From assembly GCA_004431415.1 (NCBI GenBank), contig QPMI01000104.1, positions 248,001 to 312,000 on the forward strand: a DNA stretch of 64,000 nucleotides. Reading direction: 5' to 3'. The DNA comes from Cyanophora paradoxa CCMP329. Taxonomy: Eukaryota; Plantae; Glaucophyta. Both the position numbers and the translations under genes were made by a program. Positions 22,348-34,564 of the stretch are shown here, piece by piece (within the stretch, counting starts at the first letter, position 1; each line of letters starts with the position of its first letter). The notes under the pieces were generated by a model. The model was not told the DNA's origin. It searched no databases and saw only the letters and a program-made list of their open reading frames with translations.

Positions 22348-22782
22348 CTAGGAGAGGAGGGCGCCCCTGAGGGAGGCGGCGGGTCGGGGGGCAGGCCGCA
22401 GAGGGGCAGCGGCCCCGCCGGGCCCCTCGAAGCACTCGCCGCAGAGGGCGAGGTGGCGGCACGGCAGCGCCAGCACCGCCCGCGGCCGCGCCGCGCACGC
22501 GAGGCACGCCCGCGCCTCGGCGGCTCTCGCCTCGGCCAGCGCCGACGCGACGGCCGCAGTCCCCGCCGCGAGCCGCTCCTGCGCCCGCCGCAGCTCCGCC
22601 ACCGACAGGCCGGCGAGGGCGGCGGGGCCGACGGGCGCGCTCTCCGCCAGCGCCGCCTCCAGCGCCTCCACCCGCGCCCGCAGCGCCCCCTGCGAGACCG
22701 TCCGCGTCGGTCGGACGGGGAGGAAGGAAGGAGGGGCGGAGGATGGGGGGCTACCGCTTCAGCCGGGGAGTGCCCGGCGGGA

Positions 22783-22825
<43 letters not shown>

Positions 22826-25800
22826 GGGCAGCGACGGCCTCGCGGCGAGCGTGGAGGGCATCGGAGGAGGCGGCAGCGGCCTGCGCAGCGGCAACCGCTG
22901 AGCGAGACGCCGAGAGCGGGCAGGGTGGGGCGGCGCCGGGCGGGGCCGACCTCGGCCCGGGCGGCCTCGGCGGCCTTCTCCGCCTGCGCCAGCCGCTTCC
23001 GCATCCCCTCCGCCTCCGCCACCGCCTGCGCGGCGCTGTCAGAGGCCGGCGCGCCGAAGGGACGGCAGCGGCGCACGGCTGCGAGGTCGGAGCGGGCGCG
23101 CGCCGCCTCCTCCCGCGCCTCCCGCGCCCCCGCTCCGCGCTCTCCGACTCGATCCGCGCCACCTGTACCCCATCGGAAAGGGCGAGGGGGATGAAGCGCA
23201 GGGGGGTACCTCGGCATCGGAGGCGAGGCGAGACTGGGCGGCGGAGGAGGCGCGGAGGGCCACCGAGAGCCGCGCCGCCTCTGCCCGCGCCTGTACCCCG
23301 CGCCCGCCGGCTCGGCGGGAGAAGGGGAGGGGGAAAGGGGTACTGCACCGCTTCGAGGTCGGCCCGGAGCCGCGCCAGCTCCTCCCCTGTACCCCTCCTC
23401 AGAGCGGCGGGGGTGGGGATGGCAGGGGACGGGAGGGCGGGTACCGGCGAGGGGATCGACTCCCGGCCGAGGTACATCGGAGTGGTCGGGCCCCGGAGCC
23501 GCCACCGGAGCCCGGTACGAGCCCATCAGCTACGGACCGGTTCAAAAGTTGCACATAGGAGGGGCGTGGCGGGCGGAGTGCGGGCCTGATCCAAGGATAC
23601 GTCGGCGTCGATGCTCTCTGTACCCCCCGCTGCCCCCGCCGCCCCGCGAGCCCGCGCCGCCCGCTCGAACAGCGCGTCCGCCTCCTGCCCCCTCCCAAGC
23701 GAGTAAAGGACTGGCGGTCGCCGCGTCAGTAAAGACTCAGAGCGGCTCGGGCCGGCGCCGGGGCGGACCGCGGGCGAGGGACTCGGCGACGGGCGCGCAG
23801 GAGGGGTGATCGGGCCCCGCCGCCGCCTCCTGCATCCCCAGCGCACGCTGTACGAGCCGCTCAGCTCGTCTGGCTCAGGTGAGCGCGGGCAAGAGAGGCG
23901 TACCCGGAGCAAGGGCGCGGCCTCCGCCGCGCGCCCCTGCTCGGCCAGCGTCGCCCCGAGGGCGGCCAGCGCCGAGACCAAACGGGGCCCCTCGGGAGCC
24001 GAACCTCCGTCCAGCACCTCCAACGCCCTCTGCGGCGCGGCGTGAGGGGGGTACTCCGAAAGATTGTTGGGCTCAGGGGTACCCTGAAGAGGGCCTCGGC
24101 TTCGGAGAAGTCGCCCCGGTGGAAGTAGACCTCGCCCAGGCCGCAGGCGCAGCTCACCTGAGGATCCTTTCGTTAGGGGCGCGCGCAAGGGCCGCGGGCG
24201 CTAGGGCGGGGGGGTACGGACCTGCGCGGCGCGGAGCTCCTCGGGACGCTCCTCGGAGGGGGCCGCGTCGAGGGCGGCCAGCGCGCGCTGCGGGGCCGTG
24301 AGCAGATCGGCGGGCGAAAGGGAGGGGGGTACGGCGGCCTCGCCTTCAGCAGCGCCTCGGCGGCGGCGTCGTTGCCCCTGCGGCTGTAGGTGACGGCGAG
24401 GGCGCAGCAGGTCCCGATGGCGAGGGGGCTCAGCCCGAACGCGGCCTCCTGCACCGCCAGCGCCCGCTGCGGATCGAGCGCAAGGTAAGATCTTAGGATG
24501 CTTCAAGAATGAATAATAGAATGCGGGCGCGCCTCTAGGAGGGCCTCCGCCTCGTCGTGGAGGCCGCGGCCAGCGCACGCGTCCGCCAGCCTCTGCAGGC
24601 TGCGCGCGGCGTGAGGGGAGGGGGGTGAGGGAAAGGGAGGGCGGGCGAGGCCGCGCCTGAAGGCGGTGCGTGGGTGCTGCGGCCCGTACTCCGCCTCGCT
24701 CGCAGCCAGCGCGCGCTGCGGCACGCAGCGCACATGAGCCGCTGCTAAGTTTCAGTGAGGCGGTGAGCGAGCGGGCGCACTCGGAAGAGGGCCTCGGCCC
24801 TCGCCAGGTCGCCCCGCTGCATGCACTCCTGGCCCCGCTGCGAAGGAGGTCGGCCAGCTGAGCGAGACGGCAGAGAGGACGGGGCGCGGCCCGGCGGCCC
24901 GGCGGAGGCGCGCGGACCCGCTCGAGCTCGGCGCGGGCGGTCTCGGGTCCCACGGGCGTCGCCTCCTCCTCCAAAGGCGAGGCCGCCCGCCTTCCTCGCG
25001 GCGGGGGGCCCTCCGGGCGGCTCGCGAGCTCCTCCAGCGCGCTCGCCAGCTGCCCGGTCGGGGTTCAGAAGAGGCTGCGGGGCACACGACAGAGTTCTCA
25101 ACCGCACCTGCTCAGAGAACGACGCGCCGGAGCGCGGGACGGGGCCACGGGCGCCCCCCGCGGCGCGGCGGGGGGGTACGGGGCCGGAGGAGCCCGGGCC
25201 CGCGGCGCGGCCCGCCCGGAGCCGAGCGCGGGGCGGCCCTCGAGGGGGACGCGGGGGAAACCACAGCGGCGGCGGCGCCGGCTGCCGAGGCGGAGGCGGC
25301 GGAGGCGGCGCCGGCGGCGCGGCGTCCCCAGGTCCCGGGCTTGCTCCCGCCGCCGCCCGAAGACGCGGCGCGCACCCGCGAGAGGGGCGACATCGGCGCC
25401 TGTGGAGCCTCTGGTGGCTCCGAGGAGGTGGAAGTGGAGGGGGCGGGGGCGGGGGCGAGGGCGCTGGGGAGGATGCCGGCGGCGCCGGCGAGGGAGCCGG
25501 AGAAGGAGGCGCGGCTGGCGGGGGCCAGCGGGATGCCCGAGAGGCCCACCTGGCGGGGAGGCGGAGTCAGAGCCGATAAGAATATAAACCAGAGCTATGG
25601 GCTTTCGACCCTTTCCAGCTCAATGGCTGTACATGTATGTATAGCTAGCGCGCAGGCGGCCTTACCGAGTAGACCTCCTCGATGAAGGAGATCGCCTGCG
25701 ACTGCCTGCGACGCCCCCACCCCCGTGCTCAGATGAGATCTGAGCCGGGCCGGGGCGGCCCCGGACGCACCGGTAGGCCCGCCCCCCGACGGCGAAGTGC

Positions 25801-25914
25801 TGGCTGGAGGCGGGCGCGGGGAGGGAGACCAGGGCCGCCTGGGAGCGGCGCGAGGGCGCGCCCCGCGCCTGCAGCGCCTGCCGAGTGCTCCCCCGGGCCC
25901 GTCTTTATGCACAT
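22348..25914 (-). CDS. TPR + coiled-coil + RING protein, copy 2; 5' end uncertain; apparent small frameshifts may be sequence errors
   Basis: Same exon set as copy 1 with substitutions. The RING exon has small deletions in G/C runs relative to copy 3. Confidence 0.75.
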
Positions 25915-26543
25915 CTCAACTGTAGGGCCGCCCGAGGCTCAGGGGCCAGGGCCCCTTGGAGGGGCAGGGGGCTCAGCGGGGGTGGAGGGAGCGTGCCGAA
26001 GGACGGGGCCGCTTCTGACCTGACCGCGGGCCGCCCCCTCGGCAGCTGATGGGCCGCAACGATCGCGGGTACCGCATCGAGGCCCCCGAATCCGTCGCCG
26101 ACAACCGCGAGGTCTGCCCGCGCGCCCGCCCCCGTGGCCGAGGCTGACGCCGCGCTGCTGGGCCGGGCCGGGCCGGGCCGGGCTAGGCTGGGATGGGCCG
26201 GGCTGGGCTTGGCAAGGGCTAGCGGCTAGCTGCAGGGGGAACAGACGCCACCCGCGCCGCCTCCCGAGGCCCGCCTGGGAAATCTAAATCAAACCGCCTC
26301 CGTCGGCGCCGATTGCAACCGCGCCGCGGCAGACCTTCTTCCGCCCCTCCTGCCCGCACCCCATGGCCACCCCCTCAACCCTCCCGTCCACGGGCCACAG
26401 GCTCACAGCCCCTCTCTACCCCTCATGGCTCTACCCCTCACGGCTCCGGATCCTGTCGGACGTGGTATCGCAGAGCAAATATATACTCAATCCCAGTTCA
26501 GCTATCGTATTCAAGCGATTGAACTCTAGTACTGGGACCTAGG

Positions 26544-29500
26544 CTAAACGGCGATGTCGGTGGTGTATGCCTCGAGCTCGGTGTCGGCAATCATCTGCAG
26601 GAATAAAATAAGGCAATTATTGCAAGCCGTGAGCGCGAGCTCACCAAAACCTCGGCGTCCACCTCTTCATCTATCTCCACGCAAACGGTATCGATGCCAA
26701 TTGCAACGTCGGCCTGAGCATCGATATCGATATCCTCGTCATCGACATACTGCGAGACAAGAATCCGCAAGCGAGATATGTGCATATTTGAATCGACCGA
26801 CTTGGGAAAACAAAATTCGCACACCGGTACCTTCAGTTCGGCCTCATCCACCAGTGCAACGGCATCGTCAAGCTGAGCAAATGTGCCTTCGTGCGCATGG
26901 AGATTTACGTGGTGAGTTTTTCGGATTCAATATTCGCGCATACACTCGATCTTTGAAGTTCGTGCTTACAATCGAGCTTGTTCGTGTATCCAGGAACAGT
27001 ATTGCAATCGAGGCGGAGATTGGTCGACCTGCCTGGAGGCATCACTTCGAGAGACCTCAAAAGTAACAATTTTAATGCGAAGAGCAAGCCGAATCTAACG
27101 CACGCGGCCTTGCCCCAAACTTCGACCTCGCTGAAGTTAATGTACTGATCGGTCCCTGCCGAATTCGAATCCGCTCAGTGGAAGATCGCCAAGTACTGGT
27201 ACTAGTTGAAATCGGCGTCGACGTCTAGCTCCGGTTTAAACACAACCGCCACACGCACCAGCTGACGACGTTTTCGTGATCCGAACGGCGTCCCCTGTCC
27301 GTATCGAATTCGAACAGAATTAAATTCGAAGTGTGTGAGTTTCTTCGAGCTCGACGTCATTGATCGTAAAATTAAAGCGGAATCCGAAATCCGAAATCCG
27401 AAATCGCATGGAGGTCACTAGAGGTCAAAAAGTTAAGCGCACCGACAGTCCCCGACGACGGAAGCACGTGCTTTGTCAAGTTCGTGACAGTGGAATCGAA
27501 CACGGGGCTGGCAATCGTTGGAGACGTGTAGACCTGCATCCGCCCGAGCTCATGATCAGCTCGACTGGAATATATATAACAGCTGGAACAGAGTTCTTGC
27601 ACCACTTTGCCATCATTCAAAACCTGTCAGTTCGAAGTCAATGCGAACTCGACGTGAGCTTATAATTCCAATTAAGAGATCGAAGAGCGGAAAGACTCTC
27701 GATCGACGTTCGGACGCGAATGCAAATGCGCTTGCCTCGTAAACGATGTTCTTGAATCGGGTCCCAGCGTTACCTGCGTTGTCTCAAAATAAGTCCTGTG
27801 CGTGATTAGAAGAACGTCATTCCTGCACGTACCTGAGCGCTGCGCAATGCAAAATGCGGGCGAGCGTCATGATCAGTTGCACAAACATTGAATTCGAACT
27901 TCTAAGCTTCTTGATTGATTTAACATCGCGCACGTTGTAAACGTCAATTTGTCCGACCGTGTAGTCTTTCTGCAGTGCAAAGGGTCAGGCTTTATTCGAA
28001 CGCGGGGATGAAAACCCGAAGTATTCGAAATGTGCGCTTACGCCAAGGTTGATGGTGATGGCAGGCTTCATATCGGAATCTGATGAATGATATCCGCGAG
28101 CACTGCCAAAGTCCCCAGACTTTCCTTTTCCATCTGTGCGCGTGCATCGCAAGCAGATCGCACTGCAACAATAAGTTCACTCGCAAATATTGATATCATG
28201 CGCACCGGTGGCCAGCGTACTGGGGTAGTCGGAGGTATCTGACGATAGGAAAGGGATGCGCGTTCGGTCAAACAAATGTGCGCGTGCATTGGAGACCGTT
28301 GACGAAAGGAGCACATTGAGAGGTCGCATTTGTCGAAGCCCCCAGAGCAACGTTCTCCCAACCAGCGGACCTGCCGTTCCGATCGCGGCACGGTGAGTCA
28401 AGATCCGGATCCGGCAACGCGCACCGGCTCAAGGGACGATAATTGGCAATCGCACTTCATGGCGTTCACGTGGGTGTCCCATACCCAGACTGGCCTGCAA
28501 CACTGGCTCAAATGCGATTGCGACCCTAGACAAATCAAAGGAATTGAAAACAGTCGAGCGCACGCGGCCTTGCCCCAAACTTCGACCTCGCCGAGGTTCA
28601 ATATCTGATCGGTGCCTGCCGAATCCGCTCAATGCAAGATGGCAAAGTTGAACATATAGGCGTCGACAACTGCGGATAAAAACACAATACCGCCCCACGC
28701 ACCAGCTGATGATGTTTTCGTAATTCGAACGGTGTCCCCTGTCCGTATGCGATTCGAACGAATTCCGAAATCGTATGGAGGTCACTAGAGGTCAAAAAGT
28801 TAAGCGCACCGACAGTCCCCGACGACGGAAGCACGTGCTTTGTCAAGTTCGTGACAGTGGCATCGTATGCCGGGCTGGCAATCGTTGGAGACGTGTAGAC
28901 CTGCATCCGCCCGAGCTCATGATCAGCTCGACTAGAATATATATAACATGTACAGCTGGAACAGAGTTCTCGCACCACTTTGCCATCATTCAAAACCTGT
29001 CAGTTCGAAGTCAATGCGAACTCGACGTGAGCTTATAATTCCAATTAAGAGATCGAAGAGCGGAAAGACTCTCGATCGACGTTCGGACGCGAATGCAAAT
29101 GCGCTTGCCTCGTAAACAATGTTCTTGTATCGGGTCCCGAGGTTTTCTGCGTTGTCTCAAAATCATGCATGATATATAAGCAGAACGTCATTCCTGCACG
29201 TACCGTCCGTGCGCTGCGCAATGCAAAGTACAGGCGAGCGTCAGTTACACAAACACACAACTCTAGAGCTTCATTATTAATTTCAAGAGCGGGCACGTTG
29301 TAAACGTCGATTTCTCCGACCAAGTAGTCTTTCTGCAGTGCAAATGAACAGGCCTTATAAATACGCCAGCGCAGGGAGGAAAAGGAAGATTTGAAACATG
29401 CACTTACGCCAAGGTTAATGGAGATGACAGGCTTGCTGTCGGCGCCTGATGAATGATATCCATTGACTTTGGAGAAGTTCCCCTCCTTTCCTTGTCCATC

Positions 29501-30177
29501 TGCGCAAGCGTGTCGCACCATGGCCAGTGGCACTGCAATGGCAAGGTCACTCGCGAAGATTGATATCGCGCGCACCGGTGGCCAGTTTGCTGGAATAGGC
29601 GGAGGTATCTGGCGATAACAGAGGAACACGCGTACGCGTTTGGTCAGAGAAACTGTGCGTTGGAGAGCATTGTCGAAAGGAGCACATTCAGAGGTTGCAG
29701 TTGTCGAAGCCGCCAAAGCAACGTTCTCCCAGCCAGCGGACCTGCCGTTCCGATCGCGGCACGGTGAGGTTAGATCCGGATCCGGCAACGCCAGCATAAA
29801 TATAAGGGACGATGAATCGTACTTCATGGAGTTCACGTGGGGTGTCCAGGCGTCTGCGCCCGCGATCGGCGCCGCGGCCGTCGATGTCGACGTCTGGAGC
29901 ACCTCGCAACCATATCCCATGCCTTCAGACTCCGTGAAACGCCAGGATTTAGCTCCAACAGGCGTGCAAGCGTTTGTTGCTTTCGCTATGTGTTGGCCAT
30001 ATTCGTCCCCGAAAGGATCTTTCAACACTCCCGTGTCCCCATTAAGAAGGGCGGTCCCCGTGCAGTCCGCGTTGGCAAAGCAGGTAAACTCTGTGGCGCG
30101 AACGGCGTCATGCATATGATCGTGATCAGCACGTACCAGCGCTCGAGCTTCATCGCAAAGCGCGCACTGCCGCCCAT
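26544..30177 (-). CDS. F-type lectin protein with two tandem lectin domains, copy 2
   Basis: Extra N-proximal domain ENVALAASTTATSEYTSAYSSKLATDG...GYHSSGADSKPVISINLGKDYLVGEIDVYNRTDENLGTRYKNIVYE...GDTVRITK...LNLGEVEVWG (~28560-29740), followed by the domain seen in copy 1. Confidence 0.78.
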
Positions 30178-33100
30178 GATGACCTCAATCGAATCGGTTC
30201 TCGTTCGCGCAACAGCAGCAAGGATCCAGAAGACCCTGCCACAGTGCGCAGGGCCGTCGGTCGTCTATAGCAAGCACCAAAGTATGTATCCGCGGCGATT
30301 CCGCGCCCTCACCTAGGCCTAGGCCTTAAGAGATTGAACTTCGAACTTTGAAGTGAACAACCACAAACTTGCAAGTTGAAAGGCAAGAGCGACTCCGAGA
30401 ACTCTGTCTCCGACTCGGCGAGCTTGACTCAGGCTCGAGGCTCCGAAGAGCCCAGGCTAGCCGGCCCCCACCTCCGGGGCCGTGGCCCCACGGCCCTAGG
30501 AGCCGCGGCTAGCCGGCGGCGGCCTATTGGCAATACTAGCTATACCGTGTAACACAAAAATATGGCTGACAGATTTATGTCGTTATAGACTTATAGTACG
30601 GTTATACAACTTGACCCTTCTCTTGGTGGAATATGACGGTACCAAATTATGTCGTAATGAAAATTTCAGGCTTGTCGTCAGTGACTCGTCAGTGACTCAG
30701 TGTATGGGGCGGTAAATTGTATGGGGTACCACTGAGAGTGCCCTACTTTGACGGTCTCAAATTATGTCGTTATTTCACGTCCGAAGCGACATAATCTGGT
30801 ACCGACATAGTAAAGGTTTTTTTTTGAGAGACTACCGTGGGGCGGCTCGCTGTGGGCCTGTGGCGCCGCGCCAAGTTCGTTCGGCGCCGGACGTCTGGTG
30901 GCCGCCCCAAAAATTACCGCCCCATACAAGCCTTAAAATTTCATAGCAACATAATTTGGGAGCGTCATATTTCACGCACGGGAGTCCAGGTTTTATAAAC
31001 GACATCTCAGATGGCGTCCGACCGTCGGACGGTCACGGTCATATTTAAGTGTTACTGTGTTACTAAGCTACACGGTCACCGGGTAGCCGGCGCCGGCCCC
31101 CAACTAGGGCTGGGCACAGTCCGACTTTTCCCCCACCGGGTCGGTGGGCCCGCTGACTGTTACCCACCGGTGGCGGTCGGTGGAGGTGGGGGTACGTGCT
31201 ACAGTGCGTGAAAATTGACAAGAAATACGCTAAATTCTGCACAGCTTCAAGGCGCTACGCGCCTACTCTGTTCCCAACTGTCTAAAGCAATTGCAAGTGC
31301 TTTGGGGCGAGTTCCGAAAGTTCAAGCCAGTTGTGGGGGAGGCCGGGGTGGTTGATGCTCAGAAGGGGTACGGGATATCGCGATCGATGGCGTCAGCTCC
31401 CTTGGGCTCCGTCGGATTGAAGAGCACAGGAGCGCAGGAGAGCAGGAAGATGAACTAAGCAGGACTTTCCTGACCTGGGTGCACGGAATATGTAACTTTC
31501 GCGCGCGAGAATATGAAATTTTCGCGAGCCTACCCCCCCTAGAAATTTTATTTGTATGGGACCGGGCGTTGTTTGGCGGTGGGCCAGAGTTTCCACCCGG
31601 TCGGTGGGAGGCCGCCACTGCCACCGGCCGCCACCGGCCCAGCCCTACGGGCCCCAACCTGGCCGGGCGCCGCGGCCGGCTGGCCCCAGCCCGGCCGCCC
31701 CACGCCGTCGACGTCCACGCCGTGACGCCGTGACGGTGACGGGCCACGGGCCACCGGCCAGTACTAGCCCAGTAGTAGCTAGGGTTACCGTCTGACGGTA
31801 ATGTCGGTCCCCCAGGCTCCGACATCGACAATGTCGAATGTCAGGTGGATTTCGGTGCGATCCGACAGAGGGGGGGGGTAGGGGTCGTCTCCGCCGGCAG
31901 AATGCGCCATAAATTATAAATTAAGGCTTCTGGTGCTCCAGGAAGTTATTCCAAGCAGGTCTGAAGACTCTGAACACATTCCCCACCTAAGGAATCCATT
32001 GAAGCGTGGGTTCTAGGTGAGCGACGGGCCGGCGATGGCAGGGAGGGGGCGAGAAAAGCATTAAAAACTATTTAAAAATGCATTATTTTAATCATTATTT
32101 CCGACATGTCGGTCGCCCTCGCCGACACCGCACCGACATTCGACATTGACGACCGTTTGACGAAGCTCCGAATTGTCGGTGCGGTAACCCTAGTAGTAGC
32201 CACTGCTAGCCAGCGCAGGCGGGGCCCGCCGGCGCCGGGGGCCTTGCTATTGACTCAGTGATGCGCGCGAGAGTGACTCAGTGACGTCGACGGTCCGACG
32301 GTCGACCTTAAAGCTTGTCGCCGAGTCGCCTAGGGCGATTGCGTAAAATACTATGATCAATGATCATCGGATAGCGACTAGCCTAGGCTCAGACTAGCTA
32401 GTGCGTCTGCTCGGCCCTTCAGCCACGGGCCACGGCCACGGGCCACGGCCCAAAGAGCCGCGGCTAGCCGGCGGCGCCGGCCGCCGGCCGGCCGGCGCCG
32501 GCCTACTAGGCTAGGGAATCGTACTACAGTACGGACCGTCGGACCGTACGGTGTACGGTAATAGCGACCGGGGATTCCGGAATCCGGATCCGGGGCCCTT
32601 CCGGGCCGGGAATACTAGGGAATCAGTACTAGTAGTAGGGATACGGTGGGGAATGAAAGGATGCCAGAAAGGATGTACCGAGTCTACTACCGTCGGGCAC
32701 TAAATTACCGCGGCAGAAATTACCGCGTTTAAAAACGCGGCCCGCCATAGAGCAAAATACCGCGGTACCAAATTACCGCGTTTTTACAAATTTGAGGCTT
32801 GTATGGGGCGGCATTTGGGGGGGTACTGTATGGGGCGACCTCTCAGCAACAAATTACCGCGGGATCAAATTACCGCGTTTTAACAAATTCTCGGCGCGGT
32901 AATTTGGTACCACGGTAATTAAGTGGGCGCGGTATTTATGTGTTCTACGGTAGTACTACTACCGTGTGGCACTATAATACCGCGCTCACCTAATTACCGC
33001 GGTACCAAATTACCGCGCCGAGGGGTGCGGTCTCTTGAAATTAATAATTTTCAAAATTCGACTTGGATGACCAATGTGATTTACGCTTTCATTTTTTTCC

Positions 33101-34083
33101 GGGAAAATGCTTTTCGACGCTTCTCGACGTGCTGTTACTGCCCATTAGAGGCCTCTCATAGAAAAGCCGCCTCGGCCATCGTGCTCCCCAGGGTCGAAAA
33201 CGGGTACCTAGGTCCAAAAATTTTGGCCTGAATCGCATTTTGAATCCACGGACAGGACAGGCACAGACCTAAGGGCCTCTCCTTTCCCCAAGGCCGACAC
33301 GCTTTTCATTTCATGCTTTCCGTGTTCGAATCGCCTGCTTTCCATGTTCGAATCCCGCCCGTTCCACATAATTCCGTTCGATCATCACATGTACATGGCA
33401 TGCCCCACCTTGCCTGTATACGCTCCCACAGTGCTGGAGTAGACTAGAGGCTGTGGCCGGTAATTCACCAAAAAAAAGAAAAGCACAGAAAATTAAAGCA
33501 TTTTCCCGGAAAAAAAATAGAAGCGCAAATCACATTGGCCTTCCAAGTACATACACCGCTAAGAGTACACAATATGATAATACTCTAATACACCGCTAAG
33601 AGTACCCTGTACAAAACCGCCCAAGCCCATTGGCCACAGCGACAGTACCCGGTACAAAATTTTCCAAAACTGCCACTTTATAATTAGCAGGGGCAAAATC
33701 TTTAGTAGGTCGGTCTTCGCAGGGCTTTTGTATGGCGGAGAGGGCCGGGGACTACCCCTAACAAGCGAGTCCCTGCAAAGCAGGAGTGGCCTTGGGTCTT
33801 GGGCCTTCAAGGCGTGAGGGTGGCAGCTCTTTGTTTTAAAACGGGGCCCGCGGCCGCAACCGCGCGCGGTTATAACTAGGAGCCCGGCCGCGATTGTCGC
33901 GCCGGGGGTGCAAGGGGGGAACCGGGATCTAATGAAAGAGTCCTAGTGGCGCGCATATGTACATGCGCGCGGCAGAACGACCCCGGCCCAGTGCGCGCGG
34001 CAGGTCGAAGGTTAAAGATAAACACAGATTATGATTTAGCTACAAGCCCGGACCTCATCCGGTGAATCGCTGAATCAGAATCT

Positions 34084-34518
34084 CTAGGAGAGGAGGGCGC
34101 CCCTGAGGGAGGCGGCGGGGTCGGGGGGCAGGCCGCAGAGGGGGCAGCGGGCCCCGCCGGGCCCCTCGAAGCACTCGCCGCAGAGGGCGAGGTGGCGGCA
34201 CGGCAGCGCCAGCACCGCCCGCGGCCGCGCCGCGCACGCGAGGCACGCCCGCGCCTCGGCGGCTCTCGCCTCGGCCAGCGCCGACGCGACGGCCGCAGTC
34301 CCCGCCGCGAGCCGCTCCTGCGCCCGCCGCAGCTCCGCCACCGACAGGCCGGCGAGGGCGGCGGGGCCGACGGGCGCGCTCTCCGCCAGCGCCGCCTCCA
34401 GCGCCTCCACCCGCGCCCGCAGCGCCCCTGCGAGACCGTCCGCGTCGGTCGGACGGGGAGGAAGGAAGGAGGGGGCGGAGGATGGGGGCTACCGCTTCAG
34501 CCGGGGAGTGCCGGCGGG

Positions 34519-34564
<46 letters not shown>

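Larger units (their letters stand above)
22341..34076 (+). repeat. Segmental tandem repeat, copy 2 (11,736 bp)
   Basis: Near-identical to copy 3 throughout and to copy 1 from ~13420 onward; repeated identical ORF translations in the track. Confidence 0.9.
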
